In this document: in pieces, positions 1 through 13,854 of the stretch
How positions within the stretch are numbered: position 1 is the first letter of the stretch
Layout: every line of letters starts with the position of its first letter
DNA from: Glaucostegus cemiculus
Lineage: Eukaryota
DNA: 64,000 nt
Assembly: GCA_976551045.1 (NCBI GenBank)
Contig: CDPCPM010000023.1
Location: forward strand, 310,001-374,000
Reading direction: 5' to 3'
Made by a program: the position numbers and the translations under genes
Notes under the pieces: model-generated
Databases searched by the model: none
Seen by the model: the letters and a program-made list of their open reading frames with translations, nothing else
Told to the model about the DNA's origin: nothing

Positions 1-539
1 TTGGAATGCTGATCACCCATTTTCTGAGAGAATAGCATATTCTAATTCTTTCTTGAGAACTCTACTTTTTAAGATAAAATTCTCCCGTTTCACTTTCTTG
101 CACCCACTTACCTCATACACACTGTACGCCAACCTAAAAGGTGAGCTATCAATGATTTTTCAACTGTCTTATCCAAATCAGATTGCACAACCAATTGTGT
201 GTATCTGGCTCAAACCATACTTCCTTTCATTGGAAATTGCTAGGGTCCATTAATAAGGAGGTAACAGCATGACATTTAGAAAGTGCTAAAATGAACAAAA
301 TCCAAGAATTTTAGTACTTACTAAGTCTACTGTACTCTGGCATGAAATGTTCTGCATGAAATAAATTGTCAAGATATGTTAACTACCTTCAGAAATTACC
401 TTCATTTCAGCTCCAGACTTAAATACCAGAAGTCTTGCATTGTGCACTGTCTGTAAGGGGCTAACAAAAATCTATCCACAGAAATGGAGCAGTATTTTCA
501 AATGCATAAAATTATCTTTTTACTATTTCTGATGGTCTT

Positions 540-1895
540 TTAACATAAGAAATCTATTTGAGTTGTTGTCTGTACCAACTCTTTGAAGGAACATTTGTGT
601 TTAGTCCCACATGCTTCCCTTTGTCTGTAACCAAGTTCCTCACCTTCAAGTATCTGTCTATCCTCTTCTTAAAATTAATTACGGAATCCACTTTCACCAT
701 CTGTTTAGATGGATTATTTTAGATCCCAGCAGCTCCCCGAGGGGAAAACAAAACATCTTTGCATCTCCCCTCTTTAACATTGATTTTGTATCTCTGATCT
801 TTCATTTTCAATCATTCAGCAGAGGCTTAGACAATAGACAATAGGAGCAGAAGTAGACCATTCGGCCCTTCAAGTCTGCTCCGCCATTTTGAGATCATGG
901 CTGATCCTCAACACTCAATATCCCGTTCCTGCCTTGTCCCCATATCCCTTGATTCCCCTATCTATAAGAAAACTATCTAGCTCCTTCTTGAAAGTGCCCA
1001 GAGAATTGGCCTCCACTGCCCTCTGAGGCAGTGCATTCCACAAACTCACAACCCTCTGGGAGAAGAAGTTTTTCCTCGCCTCTGTCCTAAATGGCCTACC
1101 CCTTATTCTTAAATCATGCCCTCTGGTCCTGGACTTCCCCAACATCTGGAACATATTTCCTGTCTCTATCTTGTCCAATCCCTTAACAATCTTGTATGTT
1201 TCAATTGATCCCCTCTCAATCTTCTCAATTCCAGCGTGTACAATCCCAGTCTATCCAACCTCTCAGCATAAGACAGTCCCGACATCCCCGGAATTAACCT
1301 CGTAAACCTATGCTGCATGCCCTCTATAGCCAGGACATCCTTCCTTAACCCCGGAGACCAAAACTGTACACAATACTCCAGGAGCGGTCTCGCCAGGGCC
1401 CTGTACTAATGCAAAAGAATCTCTTTGCTCTTGTACTCAATTCCCCTCGTAATACAGGCCAACATTCCATTAGCCTTCCTCACCGCCTGCTGCACTTGCT
1501 CATTCGCTTTCAGTGACTGATGAACAAGGACTCCTAGATCCCTTTGTACCTCCCTTTTACCTAACTCCACATCATTCAGATAATAATCTACCTTCCTGTT
1601 CCTGCTCCCAAAGTGGATAACCTCACACTTATCCACATTAAACTTCATCTGCCAAGTATCTGCCCATTAAAACCACTCTGTCCATTAAGTCATCTCTTAA
1701 TAGTTGCAAGGAAAGCAGCTGTATATTTTCCAATCTTCTTACAGACTTTTCCCCTGTTATATCCCAGTAAATCACCTCTGCACTTTTCTGAGACTTTTAT
1801 ATCTTTTGAAATGTAATGCACAGATTTATTCACAATGCTCCAGCTAAGCTCTAACCAGCAACTTGTAAAATTCAACCACAATCTCTTTGATGTTA
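540..1895 (-). mobile_element. Older degraded CR1-like LINE split by the 828-1666 insertion
   Basis: Segments 540-826 and 1667-1895 resemble consecutive parts of a CR1 3' region (ccagtaaatcacctctgcac...caatgctccagc...). Recognised by eye only. Confidence 0.5.
828..1666 (-). mobile_element. Relatively young 5'-truncated CR1-clade LINE (end of ORF2, 3'UTR and short-repeat tail)
   Basis: ORFs 1406..1648 (KFNVDKCEVIHFG...RDLGVLV) and 915..1178 (TRGH...FFSQRVVSLWNALP) are typical CR1 ORF2 C-terminus. Premature stop after EILLH. (tagacaa)2 tail at 828-843. Confidence 0.9.
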
Positions 1896-1984
1896 AATTT
1901 TATTTCTCAATCAGTCTGTTTTTTTTAAAACCTGCTTTCCTTGTTTCATTTAAGGATTTGAGTTTATGGACACCATTTTTAGAC

Positions 1985-2075
1985 CACCTTGATGGTAGAA
2001 GGTCATTGACTTGAACTGTTTGTCTTTTTGCAGGTGCTGCTTGAATGTATTCAGCATTTTCATTTCTCTTCACCT
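1985..2075 (+). mobile_element. Degraded Penelope-type terminal repeat remnant
   Basis: aaggtcattgacttgaactg...caggtgctgcttgaatgtattcagcatttt resembles the copies at 22600, 40985, 43870 and 63686. Confidence 0.45.
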
Positions 2076-5000
2076 TGATAAAATACACAGTATTTTTCTT
2101 CTGTATTATGTTTCATCATGAAAAAGTTCAGTAAAATGACCCTGGATCATTAGTATCTTAGCCTTTTGTCTATTTGCCTCCCCCTTCCGAAGACACTGCA
2201 TTTTGTGAGGGTACTGTACTACAGGCTATTTCAGCCAACTGGACATATGCACACTTGTGTTTGTGTGTGTGTTTATATGAGAGCACATGTGTAACAAGTA
2301 GTATTGACAGGCTATATGACTCTGGTCAATGTGAAGTCTTCACATCCAAGTCTGCTCCTGTTTTCACACAATGTACCACATTAATTCTTTCATGCCCTAA
2401 TTGTTGTTCCTTTCCACGGCAAGCATGCTACCATTTTCTGGCTCTTTTAATAAAAAAACAGACAACTCAATAAATTCCTCCAGCTTTTGTTTTATTGCTC
2501 ATGTCACTTTACCAAAGATTCTCAAGCAGGTTGTTGACTCTAAGGTCCAAAATACTGTGGTCAAAGGTTGTCACGTTTGAATCCTACAAGTCTAGTTTCT
2601 ACCCATCGGAGATGGCACGTACCAAAGGGCGTTACCATTCTGCATTAACATTTTCATCTTGCCATGGTGTTTGGTATGATTTACTAAATAATCCTTTCTG
2701 TTTGGTGTGGCCCTTGCATCATTTAATTTCTGCCTATCAAAGTGTAATAGTACCTTTCCAGTGAAAACTTTGCTTTTCACTTCCAAACTCTCATCCCTAC
2801 AGTCTCTTCACATTCCAGTGCTTCCATGCTACATTCATTTTGTGATTTCCATGCGCCCCTTTTGTAATGTAATCCACACTCACATGGTCAGCTGTCTTAT
2901 GCTATGAGTCATAACTTCCTCTAAGTAAGTATCCAAGAAAATGAAAGTCATCAGTTTTCAGTAGCACAAAAAACTCCTAGGCTTGCTACCAATTTACTTT
3001 TCCACTCATTCGGAGCAAATGAAATAATGTACAATATCAGCACTGCATTCAACTTCCATCTCCACTTTAAACTCACATTATCTCAGCAATGGCCAATTTA
3101 TATTTTTTGGCACCTTTAATACAGAAGGGTGTGGTAATTTGCTTTACTAAGGTATAAGAAAAATGTAGATGCTGAGCCAAAGAATGGGATATTAGGAAAG
3201 ATAATGTAGTATTAAAGAGATTCCAGAAGAAGAGAGGTTGCTGCACTGATGGACTTTAGGGAGGTAATTCCAGAGCCAATTTCCAGAACAAAGGGAGGCT
3301 CCAACTTAACTAAAGTGTAGCTACCCATTTTCTGTCTTACATTACTTCCAGGTTGCACATCACTTCCTTTCTTACTAGCTTACATGAGATTTCTGACAGA
3401 ACCTATTAGTTATAAACTCTCACTGCCACCAGATTCTTTCATTCCTTTGCTCCTTTTTAGCTCTACAAAATCCACCAGTCTTGCACCTTTTCCTACATCT
3501 TTCAGTCTTTTTCTTACTAAAGTCTCTGTGCCTCCCACTTTGGATACGAGCCAACAACAATCACAGCTCTAGATTCAGGAACACCTTTCCCAACTTTCCC
3601 TTTCATCTCTTAAAAAGTTCCTCAAAATTTTCCATTCAACATAGCTCTCACCAATCTTTTCCCTGAACATTTCTGGCTATTTTTTCATCAATGATGGGAT
3701 GTGAGTGCAAATCTTAGTCTTTTTCTTGTCCAATGATAACTCCATTCCTAAAGATTCCACTTCTGCTTCCTTAACATGTGTTTTTGACCAGGTTGCCTCT
3801 TTTAACATCTCCTCCTCTGCTTGGCATACATTTTTTGATTACGTTTCAATGAAGAGTCTCAGGATGATCTTTTAAATTAAAAATGCAAACCTGGAAATGT
3901 TTTTGAATAATAGGAATAGCATCCCAATTTAAAAAAATAGTTAGATCTAAGTATTCTACCCAAAGCAGAACAGATGGTTCTCCAAAAATAGTGAATGCTC
4001 CCATGCCACCATAACTGTTCATCTATTTGAATAATTTTGTTCTGTTCCGTAGGTTCTAGCCAAAATCTTAATACCACATAATACCACACCTTCATTCCAC
4101 AATATTCCAAAATCTAAAGCATCTGGGTTTATAGTCCACCCCATAAATAGAGTTCATTTACAAAGGAAAAGAGAGAAACTGGATTGGATCTTCCATTGAC
4201 TTGCTGTGTATTATATTTTTACCCCAAGGTGGCATCCATTTCCCTCGTGTTAAATAAAATTGCTTATTTTAAAATATGTGTATGTATCAAGTGTAATGAA
4301 TGAGATATTGCTGCCTCATTATGCAGGGCTTAATGTGATATAGTTTTATGCTGAAGAAAGAGAAGGAGAAAAGCAGATAAGCAGAAACAAATCTGTAAAG
4401 TTGCCTAAAGAACAAGATGAGATGAAAGTAAACAAATGTTAAAGCCTGATTCCAGCAGGGGCAAGCTGAATGAGCTGGAGAATTTTAAACATTACAAGGT
4501 CTTAGAATTTGAATCTAGTTTTCTCAAGTGTGTATCCAGGGCAGCTTTTTCAGCAGCACTGAAGTTGTGTTTGATATGTATGAGAATAGCAATTGTGTTT
4601 GTTGAACTGTTGGTTCAGAATCATCTTGAAACCTTTCTGGATGCAACTGTGTGAAGATTGTAAAGTAAGTTTGGGACACCAGGTTGACCCATGAAACAGC
4701 AAGAAGGTAATAGCAGAATTTCTGCTAGAGCTGTGAGCAAACCAAAGTAGTATGCATACAACAGGGAACAAACTGAGTTGGGTGTAAGGAAAAGAGAGCT
4801 AGCCTGTATAGTGAAGGCTAAAACATGGGCTGGATTTCAAATAATTAACTCCACTAACTATTAAAGGAGGCTGCTAAGTTTAAGGAGGTGATTATAAATT
4901 TTTTAAACACAACAGAGATTGATTTCTTAAATCTTCACCAAACAACCTCACTGACACCAGATTGGGCTGGAATTTATTTTAGATTATATTAATGAAATCT

Positions 5001-5084
5001 CAAGACTCTGGATTTATTTGATGTGAGTATCCTCTTTTAAAAGCAAAATTCTCTCAAAATGTGGGTGGTACTGGAAAATTTTCA

Positions 5085-5390
5085 ATCCTTAGCATCCCAA
5101 GTGGCCTGAGAAAGTGATGATGATAGGCTTCATCTTCATGCTAATTGTGCTCCTATATTAGCATTGTAGTGTTACAAGGTATTGATTGAATAATCGCAGT
5201 GAATATATCCAAATCAGCAAGCGTAAAACTGGGAGAAAACTGAATGTGATGGTGCCTACACACCATTACTCCTCTTGTCTTTGTTATAGATCAGAGGACT
5301 GTTGTGATGTGGGATGGGCACTGTTGAAGTAATTTATTGAGCTGCTGTTGTTTATTCCCAAAGTCAATTTATCCTGTGTCTACAGTCCCT
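5085..5390 (-). mobile_element. Old LINE 3' fragment (CR1/L2 group; same family as 28600-29430)
   Basis: gcatcccaagtggcctgagaaagtgatgatg resembles the reverse complement of that family's 3' end. Confidence 0.4.
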
Positions 5391-7576
5391 GTTATAGAAA
5401 ATACTTCTTATTGTCAATTTCAAATGACTGTCAATATTGCCTCAGATTGAAAGGTGCAATATTTTCCTTAATGTTACTTGTTGATAATTTTGAGCCTGGC
5501 AGACAATTTGACAAATAATTAAAGCCAAAATTGCACACGAGCAGACAGTGAGTTTGAGGACTCCTGTCTTGAGTTCCTGAACCATAGGTCACCAGCATCA
5601 AAGCTATTGCAGTTACCATTAATAGAGGATTCTGCTGATTTATTACATTCATTAATTTTAACTGGGCTGTTGCTTCTTTTGGACAAACAGTCAGTTTAAA
5701 CACTGGGTAATGATGCAGCTCTGTACCATCCCATAGCACTTCATTATTTTCGGTAATAAATGACCAATCCCGATGCAGGATTGAACTATAATAAATCAGT
5801 GAAGTATCTGAGAAATATTTTTCAAAGAGCATGACTAAAATGTTTAATTTTTTTCTTTTATCATTTAACAACAGATTTTTGAGTTGGCAATTTGCCATTT
5901 ATTGACATATTTTAAGGTGCTAAAATCGATTACTTTGGAATTGATGGAATATTCAGTCCAAATTGTATTAAAGGTTACTTATGCCCAAGAGAGCCCAACT
6001 AAAATTAATATAACAGTGAAGGCTGTACTCCGAATCGAGACAAAAATATGAGGACCAATTGACACTATTTATATTATCTATTACAATACAACTAATTCTT
6101 AATTTAACTGTCTTAAGTTTTAAACATAGAAAATTACAGCAAATGCGTGGTTTGCTAATCAATTTTTTTCAAGTAACTATTATGCAAGTAATTGATATTA
6201 AAAGATAATTCATTGTTAAATGTGTCACTTTGTCACAGCTGCCGCTTAACAAGTGATTTTTTTTATAGAGATTGAAAAGGATGTTAACACAGCTTTAACT
6301 GTGCATCCTCTAACATAGTCTGGTCAGCTGTTCTACATCCTCTCTCCTATCTAATAGTTTAGTGCATGAGCTGAGACTTTTGCCCACTTTAAGACCACTA
6401 CAAGGGTGCTGTGTTTTGCCCTAAACCCAAATTGAATGTCATCAATAAAAACAAACATTATTAAAAATGATACAAACTCACTTTAAGAAGCCTTTATTGT
6501 TCTTTTCTCCCAATTGAAAGTGTTAGAAGCACAGACTGCCATGGAGATGAGGAAAATCAGGGGAAATGAGCAGAAAACTGAGAGGGAAAGAGGGAAACGG
6601 AGAAACAGGAAAGTCAGGGAGGAGGGGAAAGCATTGAGGGGAAGGGTTAAACAGTGCAGTGTTGATCAATAGAGTTCCCCAAACCATGAAGTAGCCCATT
6701 GGGCCACTGTCACAAAGGCCATTGAAGCCACAGATCACAGCACCTCTTCAACAATGCTGCAGTTATTGTCAAAGCTCCCTGTCTGCATAAGAGCAGCCCT
6801 TATAAATCAATATAGAAGAATCAGTGAAAATAAAATTGATGCTCTTACAGAGATCTGGTTTACTTACGGTTCCTGACCCCTGCATGCTGTGCTTTTCATT
6901 TATTGTGAGTGAACCGTGAAGGTCATGGGTTGTGACAATTTGATCCAGTTTCTGTAGATGATTACACCATCACATGAGTGAAATACAGTGGGGAAAGGAT
7001 ATCTGTGATTGGGTAAATTGTGACAAGAAGTTCCAGTAAAGTTTCTCAATAGGTGGGAAAGTGGGTATAAGTACTTCAAAATAAGCTCAAAATCCTTTTT
7101 ATGCACAATTAGCATATAAAAACCAAGCACAGATGATTTTATTCTGTTAATTTCTGGGCTTTAAATATTTGCATTTACATATTTTTCATTTTTAATATTT
7201 GGGAAATATTATTTCTGTGTTTCTCTTGATGTGTTCCCAGGGAGTACCATAGACCATTTCTCTGTTCCCTTCTCCATAAGTGGTTGTTTGCAACCACCAC
7301 CTTTCTATTTTCTTCCATTTACTTTATATGTGTATGGTCCCAGGTTGGTCACTGATAACCAATGCCCCTCTGATTCCCCCAGTTGAACCCATTAAGCTGT
7401 GGCTCCCACTAAATTTGGCACCTCAACAATCCTCATCAAAGGGGAAGAAGATGCACTTAATACATTAAGGGTATTACTGCAGTTTTGCAAATGAGCAGTT
7501 GACTCGTTAAATTGTGTTTTTATTTATCTTTCTTCAACTTACTGAGATTGGAAGAACTTTAGGCTGATTGGTAGAT

Positions 7577-8538
7577 ATCAGAATCAGTTTTATTGTCACA
7601 ACCATATACATACATAGTATGCATAGGAGCGAGATACCGTCCTCCTCAGGTGCTCGTCCCATAAAATAACAACCAACAGAGACACACAGACACACTTGAC
7701 AGAATAAACATTACAAAACATTAAACATTAAAAGCTATGGAAGTTAAAATTAAATTAGTACGCAGATTAAATTAAAAATGGCCGGTAAATAAATAAATAG
7801 TTATTAAAGTGAACGGGCTGGTGTCGGGCATTTAAAGTGCTGGTGCATTTCTGTGCACCTAGCATCTCTTAGTGTTAACAAAGGAAGATGGAGGGATGAG
7901 AGAGTTTGCAATTCTGATGGCTTGCGGAAAGGAGCTATTGTTCAGCCTGGTCGTTCTTGCCCTGATACATTTAAGCCTCCTCCCTGATGGCAAAATTGTG
8001 AAGAGGTGGTGGGAGGGGTGAGAAGGGTCGGCCATTATGCTTTTGGTCTTCCTCACACAACGGTCTTTGTATATGTCTGCGAGGGATGGAAGCGAGACAC
8101 CTATGATCCACTCCGCAGCCCTAACTATCTTCTGGAGGGACTTCCGCCCAGCAGCTGAGCAGTTTCCAAACCAAGCAGTGATACATTGGATTAGGATGCT
8201 CTCAATGGTCCCCCTATAGAAGGTTTTCATGACGGAGGGATGGGGGTACGCTTTCCTCAGTCTCCGCAGGAAGTAGAGGCGTTTCTGAGCTTTCTTCGTG
8301 AGGGCCGTAATGTTAGTGGACCAGGTCAGGTCGTCGGTGATGTGCACCCCCAGGAACTTGGTGCTGCGTACTTGTTCCACAGCAGACCCGTTGATGGTCA
8401 GCGGGGCATACACACGGTGACCCCTCCTAAAATCCACTATCATCTCCTTGGTTTTATCCACATTCAAGGAGAGGTTGTTGTCATAGCACCACACGGCTAG
8501 TTGGTTCACCTCCTCTCTGTAGTCCGACTCATCGTCAT
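7577..8538 (-). mobile_element. Young 5'-truncated Rex1/Babar-clade LINE
   Basis: Uninterrupted frame HDDESDYREEVNQLAVWC..LSLNVDKTKEMIVDFRR..KFLGVHI..KKAQKRLYFLRRL..LPSGRR..SFPQAIR (ORF 7859..8509 plus upstream codons). Followed by a 3'UTR with AATAAA and a (ctgatt)-type tail at about 7577-7600. Confidence 0.9.
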
Positions 8539-9649
8539 GAAAGACTTTGTAAAGACTGCTTTACTCTGGTACTTTGGATACTTCATGTATTATTTACTGT
8601 GGGACTTCTACTTATCTACACAATATCCCAACATAAAATTATGTCTTGGTTCTAAAGATGTTGGATAAAAATTTTGCAATCAAATTAAAGTTTTATGAAA
8701 CTTCTATGTGTCTCAATGTTCTAAGAATCAGATAATAATGTTAATGTGCTAAAATGTTGGCAGAGCAGTTGCTCAATTAATGTCTCAGGGTACAGAATCC
8801 TGGATATGTGTTATACTGTTCACATAGGGCTGCTAGAATCAATATGCTTATCTTGAAGCAGTCCAAAACTCTCAAAACAAACTTCTTTCAGAAGGGTATT
8901 TAAATAATTAACTCAAGTTAAAAATGTACAAGGATTTTTTTAAAAAATAAGAAGACACAAATGTTAGGAGTTAAAATGAAATTGAGCCAAAAAATAATCA
9001 AATCAGCAGTAAGGCCAGTGAATCAAGCAGCATAAATGATTTAAGAGATGATGATTGCATGTGTCAGCTCAGAAAAAGATTAAGGGGCATGATTGGAAGC
9101 CAGGCAAGTGGAGAGGGGAACAATTAGAAAGACTTATTGGGCCCTATCAGCTTTTTATCTTCTGTTTTTGTGACCTCCTTGTCCCTTTATAATAGGTTGC
9201 ATTTATTACCATTCTTCATCTAAGGAGCTGCAGAATACTGATTGGCTAATAATTTCACACAATCAAGTCACAAAGGCATTAGATATACCAATTAGTAATG
9301 AATACTTGGGACAAATTTCCATGTGAAAATATATGTTTAAAAAAATAGAAATCAGTAAGTAGGGTTTGAGGTGATCTCTGAGAAACAGGTACTATCCTGT
9401 ATTTCTCAAGATCAGTTTACAGAAAGTTCATCACCAGTATTGGAAAAAGATTTAAATGAATTAATTCTGCACTCAGGTAGCAAAGGGAATGGAGAGTCTG
9501 CTTTGGAACTCTGTAAGTTACCTTATAAATTCAGTTCTTGCCCACCACATTAATGAAATCTGCAGATATTAAAAGAGTCAGCATTGGTCCAGACATGGAA
9601 TTCCAAGTTCAAATTTCACTTCAGAGATTGAGTATGTGATCACTTGATT

Positions 9650-11095
9650 TCATAAAGATGTTACAGCATAGCAGGAAGCCACTCACTCATCAAACACATG
9701 CTTTTGGTTAGAAGTATCCAATTACAGTAACAATCCATTCCCTTTTGTTCAGAAATCTCCACGGTTCAGTATTTGTCTCACCAGCCTCTATATCCCACCT
9801 GCCCTTTAAATTCACTGGGTTTTCTTTCCCATGTTCCCTTTAAATACAAGAGACAAAAAAAAGGAGCAGGAACAGACCACTTGGCTTCTCAAGCCTGCCT
9901 CACTCTACAATATGACCATAGCTGACCTCTGTTGGCCTCAACTCTTCTGCTGTGCCAGTTCCTCATAACCCTCAATTCCTCGATCATTCAATTATTTATC
10001 TATCTCCACCTGAAATATATCCAATGATTTGGCTTCCACCACTCTTGGGGGGGCAGAGAACATCAAAAATTCACTACTCAACGGTTCACTGGAAAATTTA
10101 TCATATTACTGTGTAACATCTTTAAAAAAATAATTAAAATTGTGTTGCTGTATTAATAGGAACAATATCCAATAATGCAGAAAAACTCTTGGTCTGGCAG
10201 CACCAAAATCCTGAGGGTGCCATATTATTGGAGTTTTACTGCAGTACATTGCCAGGCTCTTTCCCTATAACCCTCCAATTTATTTTCCATTAGTTATTTT
10301 TCTGATTTCATTTTGAAAGCAATGATTGAATCTGGTTTCTCCAGCCTTTCAAGCAGAACATTCCCAATTTTGTGTGACTTTTTCCCCTCGTGTTTCCTTT
10401 GATTCTGGTTACAGTCATTTCATATCCTTTCTTTGATGTTTGAGCCTTTCACCAATGAGAACAGTTTTGCCTGGAAATTACATTTCTCTTGGTGTTAAAC
10501 TGTCATTGCATTTCAAGCATGTTTGAGTTCTCTGCAAAAAAATCATTAAATAGGGTAGATTTGAAACAGCAACAGGGAATCTTACGCCCAGAAAGATGCA
10601 TTAAAATGGGACCTGCACGATTCCAGACAGGCCTGCACTGAGTTGAACACAGCTTCCAACAATTTGCTGCATACGGATTTGAGAAAAGTGTCAGCTCTTA
10701 AGGACACATTCCCCATGGAAACCACACTGTTCCCTTTAAGCCTGCTCCACCATTCAGTACGAGCCTGCCCCACCATTTATGGCTAATCCTCTATCTCATA
10801 TTCCCACTGTGTCCCCAGATCTCTTTTGTGTATGAAATGTATCAAGTCTATTCAGCAGTTTGGCCTCTTACCCCTTCTGTGGCAGTGAATGCCACAAAAT
10901 CTTTGCCTTCCCTGTGAAGAAATTTCTCCTAAATGTCTTGCTCCACATTCTGTGACCTCTAGGCCATGCCAGCCAGGGAAATCATCCTTCCCATGTCCAG
11001 TATGTCTCATCCTATCAGCCTTTTGAATACTTCAATGAGATTTCCTCTCATTTTTCTAAAATAGTGAATGTAGGCGTAGTAGACCCAATAATTCT
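9650..11095 (-). mobile_element. Cluster of degraded CR1 3'-end fragments (about 9650-9745, 9843-10080, 10245-10475, 10705-11095)
   Basis: Recurrent CR1 tail signatures such as ggagcaggaacagaccacttggc..agcctgc and ccttccaccactcttgggg..agagaa. Confidence 0.6.
10178..10241. mobile_element. Small palindromic MITE-like element (Tc1/pogo-type ends)
   Basis: CAGAAAAACTC...GAGTTTTACTG terminal inverted repeats and an inner gcacc/ggtgc pair. Flanks are TG/CA rather than an intact TA duplication. Confidence 0.35.
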
Positions 11096-11458
11096 TCTCA
11101 GATTGTTTTGGAAGTATAAATACTTGTCAGTCACTCATTGACAAACTATGAACCATTCTAGTATTTAGTCATACAGGCACTGATGTCCTTTGTATATGAC
11201 ACATACACAGAAGTATCTGGTCTCATGTACCAGCATTTATATATGTATCTTTAATTTGGATTCTCAACCTACCATAGCCACAATCAACAGACTCTATAAT
11301 TCAAAGAAATGAGGCACTATATCTCTAACATTACATTAGTTACATTGTCTCCTCTCTATTTTGGGCTATCAGAGCAAACACTTTATCACAATTGTAAAGC
11401 AGCTGGTACATTTCTATGTTACTAAATGAATTCTCTCATTTGCCCCTCTATTTTATAG

Positions 11459-11538
11459 GGTAAACGACACAAGAGTTCACTGGAAGCAGTCACCACACCA
11501 GACTCCAACCGAGGTCGCAACGAGAAGAAAGCCATCAA
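11459..11538 (+). CDS. SYT7: Synaptotagmin-7 juxtamembrane exon (equivalent to mammalian exon 3), 80 nt, phase 0-2
   Basis: ttttatag|GGTAAA...ATCAA|gtaggt. Translates GKRHKSSLEAVTTPDSNRGRNEKKAI, matching recalled mammalian SYT7 [27 protein letters not shown]. Confidence 0.95.
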
Positions 11539-13854
11539 GTAGGTGCCATGGTCAGGAAATGAGAGGGGGTTTGAAAGGTTAAGACATCAAACCACAACCT
11601 TTTCTCAAAGTAAAGCTCTTGCACTGACCTTGCTCTGACTAAAATGATAAAGCAATAAGTGATTAGTGCTCCAAATGTCAGTATAAATATTTCATCTCTT
11701 TAAGCTGTCACATGTGTTGATTCTATTGTCCATTTTGGTGGTGTGAAATCTTTTGGTAAAGCAGTGAAATTATCTCTACAGCTTTCCTTTCCTCATGAAA
11801 GTTGTGTGGAATCCAATGTGTTGGAAGATCTGGTGTACAATTTTTGCAGCTTCTCAGAAGATATTAAATTTCTCTTTGTTTATAAGCTATCTATATTTCT
11901 GTTTGAGGTTGAGAACAAACTTCAGCATTAAAAGTATAAGAGACAATTCTCTCCTGCGATAATAATAATGACTATTTTTCCTGCAGCTTGTATAAAATGA
12001 GGAATTTATGGAAGAAATGTGTGAATAAATCATTATGCCTTGATATCCTTGTAGCATGTGCTTGAACACAAGGGGCAGCAGGAATTCTCTGCACTATTCA
12101 TGAGACTGATATTGGCTGAAATTATAATTTTGTTCTTTTAGCTTCAAAGTGTTTACCACAGCTTTTAGATTATAATGACATACCTTGTTTCCCCCTTCTT
12201 TAAGCTCTGAAACCTGAGAGGTGTTGCCGACAATTTTGATGAAGTGATAAATATTACTCTAACCTGTTAAAAATGCTGTTATTTTTCATTGTATTTGTTA
12301 CGCATGTCACGTGAAGGTACCTCAAAATGAGGTTGGGAAATAAACCAAATCCATTTCCTTTCCTTGTTATCTTTGCTGTTGAATGTCTATAAATTGCACT
12401 GAATGGTTTCATTGATTTCAGTTTAGATGGCAAAGTCTATGTGCAAGTTTTATTATGAACTAGGCTTGTGGACTGTAAATTAAGATATGTGTATTGTGTT
12501 AAATCTCATTTTCTCTTTTACCTTTTCTCCAGTTTAACACTGTGATTGAATTGTCATTCATTCTTTGTCATCTCAGAGATTTGATTAACAAAATTACCAG
12601 TCCAATCAACTTCTGGATAGATTTTACATAATACCACCATGGTACAGGTCTTGAATGAACCAATGTGGTTTACTTTAGCAGTGATTATACATGGTGCACA
12701 TTGTGTTTGTTTATATTTAAAATGCAATGGAATGGAATGCAATAGTGCATGCAGAAATCTCTCCCTCTGGCTCAGCACTTCAACAGTTCTCCATCTTGCC
12801 CTGCACCAATGGCCCATATTTTCTGCTATTCATATATTAGGCAATGTCTGCTGCATGAGTACTAGAAATATTCCCAGTTATAATTACAGTCTCCTGTTTA
12901 TGTAAAAAGGTTTAAGAAATGTACTGATTATATGGTGCACTTTTAGATCTCGGCCATTCAGTTTGTCATCAACAGAAAATGGATTGCTTCCTTCTGATCT
13001 TTATTAACTTTAAATTACGATGGCTATAACCATGTACCTGAATCATGATATGAGGATTTTTGTCTTCACAATTTCAGCAGGATATTATGTCAAGAGCAAG
13101 TAAAGATTTACTTCATATTATGTTCCTTTCTACTGTGTACCACAGGTCACTGTTGGCAGAGCAGATGACAGGGTGTGTGACTATTAGCACATGACACAAA
13201 TGGATCCCAAGTATTGTTGAATAACTTGCATAGTCCAAAAATGTTAGCCACTTGCCAGCTGACCATCACTTATGACCTTGTAACACTAATTTTCAATGAA
13301 ATGTTAAAAATATATATTGAAGTATATACTGTACTCTTAAAGACAAAAACACTTCAATTATTTTGTGCCTTGTACAGTATTGTGCTGTTAAACTTAGATT
13401 GCCAATCTTCAGTCAGTCAATACAATTTTGGAATTCTTAATTGTCATTATTATTGTAATCCAACTCCACAGTTTAGATGATAGGCTTGAGATTGGTTCCT
13501 TATCATTTTGTTTGTGCTCCTCATCTATGTTGCAGTCCAGAGGCTACCTGCCAGTACTTCCATGATTTTGAGTCCAGGAGCAGATGTAGGTGTATGATGA
13601 GCAGTGCTGTAATAGGCTGGACCAGTTAGTTATCTGTCCCCCCTAATACTGAGGGGACATCAGGTCTGGGGATCTGGACTAGGCAATAGGCAATTGGAAT
13701 GTTGGGGAAGACCAGGATGAAGGAGAGAGCTTGGAAATTGAGGGGGAAAGAAAAGGGAAGGGCATAAGAGGACACATCAATAACTTGGGCTGACCACCAC
13801 CTCACCCACTCTTCATCAGCCTGGTGGCAACAGAGTATAGCCGTAAGAAAATAA

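Noticed and set aside
5431-5898. 155-aa minus-strand ORF
   Set aside because: No recognisable motif and AT-rich intronic composition; probably a chance ORF.
6545-6650. Purine-rich GGGAAA-like run
   Set aside because: Low-complexity sequence with irregular period; no support for function.
7859-8509. 216-aa ORF as a host gene
   Set aside because: It is the C-terminus of a Rex1/Babar LINE, truncated at the 5' end and followed by an element tail.
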